NCBI GenBank assembly: GCA_044892505.1
Contig: CM097882.1
Location: 368,714,001-368,778,000 of the forward strand
Source of the DNA: Schmidtea nova
Taxonomy: Eukaryota
Reading direction: 5' to 3'
Length of the DNA: 64,000 bases
In this document: positions 53,977 to 64,000 of the stretch, in pieces
Position numbering within the stretch: position 1 is the stretch's first letter
Layout of the letters: the number at the start of each line of letters is the position of its first letter
Program-made: the position numbers and the translations under genes
Notes under the pieces: model-generated
Told to the model about the DNA's origin: nothing
What the model saw: only the letters and a program-made list of their open reading frames with translations
The model's database searches: none

Positions 53977-54403
53977 AAAAGAAAAGTCCCAGATAAAATG
54001 AATGAAAAGAGTTCAGCTACAAGATTATTTAACATAACTAAACGTACCGGTTGCGTTAGGACCGGAATGATTCCTGATTGCGGATCGCAAGTATGCCGTG
54101 CACAAATGGAAGCTGCATGATTTAAATGCAAAATTGGTTACGAAATGTCCTGTGACATGATTTGTCGATGTATTGCCGATATTAATCAATTGTACATTCA
54201 ATCAGGTGCAATGATGCCATTAGGCTGTTCAATGATTGCATTTTCTTATGATAGGAGATGGATAAGCCACTGTTATTCAAAACCGATCCCAGTGGATTTG
54301 TAGCTGGTCGTCGAGCTGTTGCAGTCGGTGGAAAACAGTTGGAAGCTAAAAGCTATGAGGAAAAGAAGCTTCGTAAAAATAAAGAATTATCGTAAATCAA
54401 TCG
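53977..54403 (+). pseudogene. PSMA6: Proteasome alpha subunit type-6 pseudogene fragment (no intron in visible part)
   Basis: RKVPDKM..TRLFNIT..GCV.TGMIPD..SQV.RAQMEAA*FKCKIGYEM.CDMIC..IADINQLY.Q...M.PLGCSMI, then after a frameshift LFKTDPSG..AVAVGGKQ.EA. Confidence 0.85.
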
Positions 54404-55335
54404 NNNNNNNNNNNNNNNNNNNNNNNNNNNNNNNNNNNNNNNNNNNNNNNNNNNNNNNNNNNNNNNNNNNNNNNNNNNNNNNNNNNNNNNNNNNNNNNNN
54501 NNNNNNNNNNNNNNNNNNNNNNNNNNNNNNNNNNNNNNNNNNNNNNNNNNNNNNNNNNNNNNNNNNNNNNNNNNNNNNNNNNNNNNNNNNNNNNNNNNNN
54601 NNNNNNNNNNNNNNNNNNNNNNNAAATTTTTAAAACTATATAAATATCATTCGAAAGATATTTGAGATGTGAGTATGATGGTTGTATCCTCAAACCTTCA
54701 GATTGTCAAAATAAAATAANNNNNNNNNNNNNNNNNNNNNNNNNNNNNNNNNNNNNNNNNNNNNNNNNNNNNNNNNNNNNNNNNNNNNNNNNNNNNNNNN
54801 NNNNNNNNNNNNNNNNNNNNNNNNNNNNNNNNNNNNNNNNNNNNNNNNNNNNNNNNNNNNNNNNNNNNNNNNNNNNNNNNNTGCAATCCATGCGCAAAAA
54901 TAAAAAAGACATTGCAATCAATGTGTAATACTAACAAAGACATTGCAATCCAGATTAACAAAGACATGCATGCAAGTTAATAATAATGATAATTATATAG
55001 TTTTGACACTGCAATCCATGTGCAATATTAACAAAGTCATTACAATGCAGATACAAGCCAAATTAAGAAAGACATACATGTAAGTTAACAAAGACAATAG
55101 TAATAATAATAATAAAATTAAAATACCTCAACGTAATATACATTTATTTTCCTACCCATTTTGACACTGCAATTCATATGCAATATTAACAAAGACATTG
55201 CAATGCAGTTGCAAGCCAAGTCAACAAAGACAAGATGTCAAAAAAAATTTTTAAAGACTTATACTTAATCACAAAATGCATTCTCTTAGCAAAGTTCTGC
55301 TAAAATTAAATGAAGATACATTTATATTGTACAAC

Positions 55336-55379
<44 letters not shown>

Positions 55380-56619
55380 ATGATATTCATCAATATTTAT
55401 ACCACAATATTCACACTTATCAGAAATTTCAAAACACTTTTAACAATTAATGACATGTTCACAAGGTAAATATAAAATGCAAACTCTATTAATATTACAT
55501 ATTGAACATGTGAGAAATCTTTGTTTGGTTTCTTCCAATTTATTGTTGACATTTACCTCTAAAATATCCACATTCAGCATGAAAGTTCGAATAAGTACCG
55601 TATTTTCCAAGTCGAAATTCCATACATGACCAGAAAATGGTATTTAAATTGTATTCATTAGAATCAATATCATTAAAAATCATAATAAAACTGGATAATT
55701 TCATCATAGATTTATCATATCCGAATGAGTCTGTTAAACCAATAATTAATTATTGATAATTTTAAAAGAATGTCTATATCGCATTTCTCAATCGAAGTCA
55801 AAAGGTCATCAAGTATATAAAATGATTGGCTCTAATTGTTCTTAATTATCTGTAACCTAGTTTAAAATAATTAATTTAAATATATATTTAAAACAAATTT
55901 TATTTGTTTTTTTATTCATTTACGTCAATCAATACAATTTTAGAAACCAATCAATGATCGAAAGGTTTGCTAAACTGTTACATTGAAATGATGATAAGAA
56001 ACATTGAAAATTAAGTAACAGTATATTTGTTATTAGAAATAAGTATGAAGCTTTTGCACTTAAAAACCATCACAAAGTGCGTTCTGCTACTAAGGTTCTG
56101 CTAGCAATTTTCTGTCACTATGATAAATACATGAAAAATTATCATAATATTGAGATAATCACACAGATTATTCTTAAATTATAGTACAAATATATCAAAG
56201 ATACATGAAATATTCATTACATACATGAAATATCATAATACCATTGTAAAAATACATACAAAATGTCATCATACTATAGCATGATAACAAGGAAAATAAT
56301 CAAAAATATACACAAAATATCAAAAATACATAGAAATTCGTCACATACAAAACCATCACGTATATTAAATATTATCAAAAGTACACACAAAATACATATA
56401 AAATCATCAAAAATACATTCAAGATATCACAGATATATAGAGATTCATCACACAAACAAAATATCACATATAAGAAATATCATTACAGATTATCACATGC
56501 ATGAAATATTATTATCATACTATTGTTTGATAACATGAAAATACATGAAATATTCACAAATTACAAAAACACAAATTATAGAAATTCACTACACACAAAC
56601 ACACACACATATATTCAAT

Positions 56620-57101
56620 CCAGATGCCTCTGTTCGAATCAACCGTGAGTATTATTCAGATCTTGTACAACAAGTAAGGAAATTGAGAAGAAAGAGCAGA
56701 GTGTGTGATTTGTATTATTTGCTCGACAATGCACCAATGCACACTAGTGCACTTTCAACAGCAGTAATTCAGGAGTGTGGGTTTAAGGTGATGCAGCATC
56801 CTCCGTACAGTCTAGATTTGGCTCTGTCGGATTTCTACCTCTTCAACCATCTCAAAAGACAGTTCAGAACGAAAGAGAATTTGAAAGGTAGTTACTGATT
56901 TCTTTGCCGATAAAACAGCCGATTTCTTTGAAAAAGTCTTTTATGAGTTAACAGTTCGCTGGGGAAAATGAATCGAGGCTAAAGGAAATTACATTGAGAA
57001 ATAATAAGCTATTTATATTGTATTTTTAATAAAAAATAAATTTGTAGACATTGCACTTGTTTTTCTTTGTTAGGCTCATGACTTATTGGGTACACCATGT
57101 A
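56620..57101 (+). mobile_element. Mariner transposase C-terminal relic with 3' TIR and TA
   Basis: LDNAPMHTS..HPPYSLDLALSDFYLFNHLK..RW.K..GNYIEK; end ..GACTTATTGGGTACACCATG-TA. Confidence 0.88.
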
Positions 57102-59178
57102 TTTAAAATAATAATTATTCTTCTTAAATTTTAAATATTAAGTCATTTAGATAAATATTTTAGTTAGTTGTTAGAATGATTTATATTTAAGTCGTAAATA
57201 ATGGAGATTAAAAATAAGTTTTAAATTTTAAAATATAATTGTAAATACAAATTTAATTCGATTTGGGTTTTGAGATTGTTTGATTCAATGCTGAAAAGTC
57301 TGTTAAAATATTAAACATTATTGTGGTATTAATACAATTTGGAATATGGATTCACTTACTGAAGATGTTTTCAAAATAACTTAGAAGATGTTCTAGTAAC
57401 ATCTAAATATATATTTCTAGCTAAACTATATCAAATTCTGCATAATCTATTCTTAGAACACATTTCTTGATGACAATCAAATCATCGTGTTTTCAAAATC
57501 CATTTAAGCATCGATGACATCATATACCTTGAAACTAAATATCTGAAAATGAGTGCTTATGATAAGTTTAATGCCTATTAAGATAGGTGATCCATTTATA
57601 ATGATAACAGTTAACACATTCCAATAGAGTCAAATTAAGTTTGAGTAAATGCAGTTAAATGTTCTCGACCACCGAGAACTGTTATTATTTAACAAGATTA
57701 TCTATCGAATTTTAAAGATATTATAATTATGATCTAGTCTCAATTTTGCAGACCGTTAAAGTGCTTGTTATAATCGGAAAACAAATCTTTAGTGGATTTG
57801 CATCTATATTTTCTTTGCATAATTAATTACGTAGTAATTTAATTATTATTATTGTAATACCTTTACCTGGGGGCCTTCCCTCGTCAACAAATTTTAAATA
57901 TTATTTTCATCTTTAACTTTTTATTTGCTACCAGCTAATATTTTCTCCCGCAAAATAGTGATTTTTAATTTTAATTAATTTAAATTAGTTTTAGTCTCAA
58001 TTTAAATTTTTAAGTTTTACATGCATTTAAAATTTTGCATTCTTTTTATTTGTATAACTTTGCAAAATTAAATGAATGTAAACATAAATGTAATTATGTC
58101 TGGTTTAAATTTTTTTCTTGAAACTTTTATTCATATTTTTATATTTTGGTTCAGTAACAAATTAACGTGTTCTTTTGCTTGCTGAATATACGTTATTATT
58201 TATATTTTATTTCAGACTTAAATAAAAAGGTCTAAATAAAATTCGTGTTGAATATTAAGCAAAATATTGTTCTAAAGTATAAAAAATATAACGATAAAGG
58301 ATATTGAAAAAGAAAATAGATCAATAATGAAAATTATTCTTTCTCCAGTTAAACAGAAATAAAAAATAAATTTTTATGGGTCCTTTAGTTGAATTAAATT
58401 TTATAATTGTGTTCCGATATTTTCGAAAAAAATACCAAGCTGATTTTATTTATTCTTTCGTTGCTAGGATATCGTACGACAATAGATATTTTTCTTTTTA
58501 AATGAGGCATCAATAATAACAAGCAAGTCTCCCACTAAACGAAATATATTAATGGAAATTTCAGTCTATTGTTTCAGGAATTACTAAATGATATTTCATT
58601 GGTGTAGAACTCGATATGGAAACACAATAAAGTATATTTAGAGATTTTAATCATCAAACTGAAAACTTCTCTTCCACAATGAATTTTTAAAAAATATTTT
58701 TGGATCCTGAATTTTCTATTTATTTAATTGCGATTTCTAATTTAATTTTTTTATTTGTTAAAAATTATCAATTAAACCAAGAAACAGATTATTTTCAAAA
58801 TGAAAAATAATGTAGAATCATCCAAAAAAAACAATCAGGTTATATTTTTATATTTAACATATTTTTTACTATCATTAATAATTATTTAATCATTATTTAA
58901 ATTATTTTACGTATTAATTTGATTAATATTTTTGTAAAAATCATATTACATATGTTATATTATTAAATCTAATTAATTAAAAATGAAAAATGAAAATTAT
59001 TAATTTATATAAAATTTTAAAATTTATGTTAATATATTCAATCCCAGACATAGGTAACTCATTATTGTAATGTGTTACCTAAACAATGAAAAATATAAAA
59101 TAATATCTGGGATATAAAACTTTTGAAAACCTTATGGTTGTAATATACAAAAATTGAAGGTATTCAAAGTTTAATACA

Positions 59179-59184
<6 letters not shown>

Positions 59185-59268
<84 letters not shown>
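59185..59268. repeat. (TA)n microsatellite (others at ~26022, 26195, 55338, 61065)
   Basis: Seen directly. Confidence 0.95.
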
Positions 59269-59272
<4 letters not shown>

Positions 59273-60188
59273 GTACGAGCCTTTATTATTTGAGTTGTGA
59301 AAATGGGTTTATGGATATATATATGTTATGTAAGTAATTGTTTAGATATTTGTTTATATTCTGATCCACAGTGATAGAAGAGTGTAAGGGCCCGAGAGAG
59401 TCTGGCGTCAACAGTGTACCGACACTCGGGGTGAATGTTTTGTAGTGCTCGAGTGTATGCAATAAAAACAAAACAACAAAATAATAAAATTAAATTAATA
59501 TCACAATAGAAAGTTCTTAATAACACAACTATACAAAATTACTTTAACTTTTGGAGGGATATCAAAGGTCTTTCGTTTATTGAAGTACTTGGAGGAAATG
59601 GCAAACCTCTAACTCAGATTTACGGTCTTTTATTAGTTTAAGTATTTGGAGGAAATGGATTTTGATTGGATTTGGAAGTCTACAATTTTGGTTGTATATT
59701 TTTTATTTTCTGATCGTGTTGGAATTATTATAATTTGGATTTGTTATAATCTGATTCCTTAAGAATTGTCTTTTGTTAGTTTGGTTTATTATTGCTTAGA
59801 TGCTTGATATTTTGCTCTCTTCCTTTTGTTCTAGGTCAATTTGCTTTTTTTATCTTCTGTTTTATAATTCTTATTTGCTTTTGTAATCTTTCAAATTCTC
59901 GTCAATCTTCTTTTATTTTATTATACGACTTTCTAATTCCTTTAATTCTTGTAGATAAAATTAATTCATTATTTTTTTATCGATAAATTTATTTTTTTCA
60001 ATTTGGCTTACTATAGCTTTTGCTATAGCAAGCCAAATTTGAAAATCGAATTTAAATAATAATTATTAAATAATAAAAATAATATTATTTTGCAAATTGT
60101 TTGAAAAACTAATTTTAGTATTTTCTTTTGTTTTAATTAAAGAACTTTCTTGTTTTTCTGACAAAGCAGTATTTATTTCCTCAATACG

Positions 60189-60325
60189 GTGGTACAAACT
60201 TTCTTCGACATAGCTGTTGATAAGAAAAAGCTTGGTAGGATTGTGTTTACACTTTATGATGCAGATGTGCTGAAAACCGTCGAAAATTTTCGATCTCTTT
60301 GTACAGAAGAAAAAAAGGGGGGGGG
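60189..60325 (+). pseudogene. Cyclophilin (PPIase) N-terminal fragment
   Basis: TFFDIAVD...[25 protein letters not shown]; similarity stops at a G-run. Confidence 0.8.
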
Positions 60326-61060
60326 CCCGGTTACCGCAAAGGCGCCGTCCATAACAATGACGGCGCTTACAACCTCATACCAAAATGACAATAATCATCA
60401 TCATAAAAATAACAATTATCTTTANNNNNNNNNNNNNNNNNNNNNNNNNNNNNNNNNNNNNNNNNNNNNNNNNNNNNNNNNNNNNNNNNNNNNNNNNNNN
60501 NNNNNNNNNNNNNNNNNNNNNNNNNNNNNNNNNNNNNNNNNNNNNNNNNNNNNNNNNNNNNNNNNNNNNNNNNNNNNNNNNNNNNNNNNNNNNNNNNNNN
60601 NNNNNNNNNNNNNNNNNNNNNNNNNNNNNNNNNNNNTATTTTCAAATCGGTAAAATACACAAGGAGCAATTCCTCTAGTTTTTTTAATTACTATAGGAAT
60701 TGCTTTATTTGAATTTGATTTTCTATTTAATATTTAATATTATTTTAAGTGATATTACATAAAAAATAAAAAGGGGGAGTCTTCCTGTATCCACAAGGAT
60801 GCCCGCAAAAATAACAGCGATTAAGATACTAATAAGATAATCATAATAAAAATAATAAAAACAATCTCAATGTTGATACAATCTTTACAACTTGATATAA
60901 AAATCTAAATATTTTCAAATCGGTAAAATACATATCAGGTAAATAATTAATGAATTTGAATTATATAGATTCAGAATAAATTGTATTGTCAATAGCGAAG
61001 TTTATTAAAATATAATAATAACATAAGCCTTTCCCCGCAAAGTTTAACAGTTTTACCTTA

Positions 61061-61134
<74 letters not shown>

Positions 61135-63424
61135 TATAGATAGATAGATACAATCAACAAAACAAACATTATAAACATTTACCAATATTATGTTTAACAG
61201 CGACTTTTTTCTAAGTAATGAGTTCTTAACTTCGAAAATTAAAAAATAGCATTGAAATTTATTTACACAACATTTATAGAAATAAGAAATTAAAGATCTC
61301 TTCAATCAAATTCAGTATCAAAATAAAATGTCGTTCTTGTAATTATTTTATAGTTTATAATATTTCATCCAACTTTTAAAATTTTATATTATATTTTCTA
61401 TTCAGTTTATAGATTTCTTCTCAACTGAAAATGTTCTTTAAAACGTTTCTTTAATATTGAAATAATTTTAGAATTTTAATCATCACAATTTTGAGAAGGT
61501 TTTTGATGGAACGCCACGAAAGTTAAAATATATTAAAATTTATGTTAAGAAAGTAGATGTTGACATGTAAAGGTACGTACGGCTGTTAAATAGCCATATG
61601 TACTCTGATGCATATGTACCAGAGTACACAGGCGTACATATTACTTAAGGAATATACGGTACTGCGGCCGCCGAGGACATAATTCACTGGAACGTTGATA
61701 TAAAGTTGCTTTAATAAATGCATAATTTACTCATTTAAATAAAAGATTGGAAATCTGGTTTAAACGTATATTTTAAAGGTAAATATTTTTGTAATAAATG
61801 TTATTATACCAATAAAGTTATCTTCATATACTGGTTTTTGTTATTTTGGCAGCACGTTTTATGTGCATTAATTTTAATTATCTGATTTGTGGCACGTTGG
61901 GTTAGCCCACCGCTGACATATACAATAAAATATATAAAAAATATGCTTTCAGCAAAATAAAATTGTATTCTAGTTTAATTTTAACCATAAATGACTTACA
62001 TTTATTATCCTGGTCTCATGACACTTCAATCCCATGTATGGTATCCTGTTTGAAAACCATTCATTTAAATTATGCATTAGTTAAAGGTTAATATAATTAT
62101 TGTTACTATTATTTCCAACTTCATGGCCACTTACGGACCTAATCATCGCAATTTAGAGCGTATGTAATAAAACTAATTACATTGTAATTTTTCAAGATAT
62201 TTTACAAATATTTTGATCAGATAAATAGAGATTTGAACAGTAAAATTCAAAACAGTTTTTTAAGTTTAAAAGGCTTTAAATAGGCTAATTTGATGAGGTG
62301 TAAAACATAAACATACCTTTAGTGGACAAATTTATCGTTTATTATATTTTTTGATGAACTTTTGATTTTGCATGTCAAAACTTTATTATTATAAATATTT
62401 ATTATAAATATTTAAAATTTATGGCTGTTTAAATTATCAGAAATTTGTAAAACCTGATATTAAATATTTAAATACATGTGGCTAATTTGTGACATATCAA
62501 TGTTTATATGATATCGTATTATGTTGTGTTGAATTTGATTCAGTTAAAAATAATCAATTCAGATCAATAATTTCAAGATCCAACTAAAGTTTCTCATGGT
62601 AATAGTTTTATTTAAATAAAAATTTTTGAAATAATTTGTTTTTTTTGTTTTGTATTTATTTAATTATTTGTTTTATATTGCACAGATTAGTTTCAGCCTG
62701 TTTTTATAATTTAGGTACTAATTCTTAGAAACTATGGTTGCATCATTGAAATAATAATAAAAATATAATAAAAATATTAATAAAAATAATTATAAAAAAA
62801 AATATTAAATAAAATAATAAAACTTTTAAAATAATAATAGTAAAAAATATTAATAGAAATTATAAAACCTTTTTACATTACATCAAAAATTTAAATATTT
62901 ACTTTATATAAACAATAATTCAAAACGCCGGTAAAATTGGCGCCATAAAATTATAATAATTACTTTATTTAAACAAAACGGCAGTAAAATTGAAAAATTG
63001 CGCCAAAATTTAAAATTAAAACAAAAAATGACCTTGACACGGCCTCTATTATAACGCAAAAACTTATTTGCTATGTGAAAGGTCGAGAAGTTTTACGCAA
63101 TAGTTTTGCAACTGTGTGTGACATTTTGAACCCGAGCATAACGTAATGGTTATGCAATCGACCTGATACGTCAAATCCAGTGATTATGTAATATATACGC
63201 ATAGCGGAAGTGATTCAGACCGGACATAGCCTCTTACTATTACTAAAAATTTTGGTCACAAAAAAGTCATTCTGTAAGGGTTAAATAAAATCTATAATTT
63301 TTAATATTTTGTGGTGTTCAATAATAAATTATTATTAATAATACAATTTGTGGTTGTACAATTTAAAGTGAAAATTGAAATTTGTTAAATTTTTGTACAT
63401 AATTACATATCTGGTTTTATAACC

Positions 63425-63920
63425 ATGTCAAAATAATCCGAGGTGTGCAAGTCTTTTAAGAAAGACGAAAAAAATTTAGTGAAATGACATGTGGTTTCTA
63501 CAACACGAACATATGATGGAAAATTTCAACCACTGCTTCGATTCGCCATTTGAAGTTACGACACAGCATATTGATATCTATATCTGTATCAAGTGAAAAT
63601 AATGTAGAAAATAATGTTCCTAAAAAAACTGAAATAAGTACTATTTTGAAATTTGTAAAAAAATAATTTTTAAATTAAATATTGTCAAAAGTCACAGCGG
63701 TTGATGGGATGGCAATCAAAGCAATGAGTGAATCTCATACTATCGCTAAAAGCATGCAACAAAAATGATTTAAAATTCTTAAAAGTGAGACAACTATTTC
63801 AAAAGGCATCAACATCTCTTAAAAAATGTATTGAACTGCGGGATAAATTTGACAAATTAAAAACAACAAATTGTCAATTTGTTATTAAAGTGGATTAATG
63901 GATAGATTGCACTATTTTAT
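63425..63920 (+). pseudogene. Degenerate hAT transposase N-terminus (BED finger relic)
   Basis: SEVCKSF..YDG..STT..IRHLKLRHSI; AVDGM; F...VD*W; many stops. Confidence 0.55.
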
Positions 63921-63971
63921 CTTAAGTAAACAGCTCATGTGCATGGAAAAAGATAAAATACAGTGTTAACG

Positions 63972-64000
63972 CAGTGTTGTCCAAACTGTGTGCCGTGGCA
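63972..64000 (+). mobile_element. Start of a hAT-type MITE/TIR
   Basis: CAGTGTTGTCCAAACTGTGTGCCG resembles Charlie-like termini; cut by window edge. Confidence 0.45.

Noticed and set aside
53400-56620. Degenerate repeats and His/Ile/Lys-rich ORF 56263-56538
   Set aside because: Low-complexity satellite-like DNA with no coding motif.
59280-59990. Possible retroelement fragment next to (TA)n
   Set aside because: No recognisable motif in the frames I examined.
39706-60678. ORFs containing X runs
   Set aside because: Artefacts of translating across N gaps.

Overview
AT-rich eukaryotic (animal) scaffold with N-gaps, made almost entirely of nested mobile elements. The giant-LTR content and ~40-nt introns suggest a planarian/flatworm host, but this is inference. 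Contents: (1) 1-16.5 kb, a giant Ty3/gypsy element (A, minus strand) with a ~3.2-kb ORF-bearing LTR, tRNA-Pro PBS, a RING gene and hairpin arrays in the leader; (2) 16.5-21.4 kb, a near-intact Penelope element with an inverted partial copy and hammerhead motifs; (3) 22-39.9 kb, Maverick/Polinton material (two outward-facing pPolB relics, ATPase, integrase, capsids, protease) with a TBP-like gene and spliceosomal mini-introns; (4) 40.2-51.4 kb, a second, diverged and decayed gypsy element (B); (5) 52-64 kb, relics (candidate Maverick terminus, PSMA6 and cyclophilin pseudogene fragments, mariner, hAT). Main discovery: A and B share the polyprotein order Gag - ubiquitin-like domain(s) - AT-hook - Bcl-2-like domain - signal peptide - chuvirus-type glycoprotein - TM - protease - RT - RNaseH - integrase. 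An envelope and a putative apoptosis modulator therefore sit between gag and pol. B additionally fuses an FN3-type membrane protein behind integrase and carries a DEDDh-exonuclease-like ORF. All domain calls are by-eye motif recognition, not database hits.
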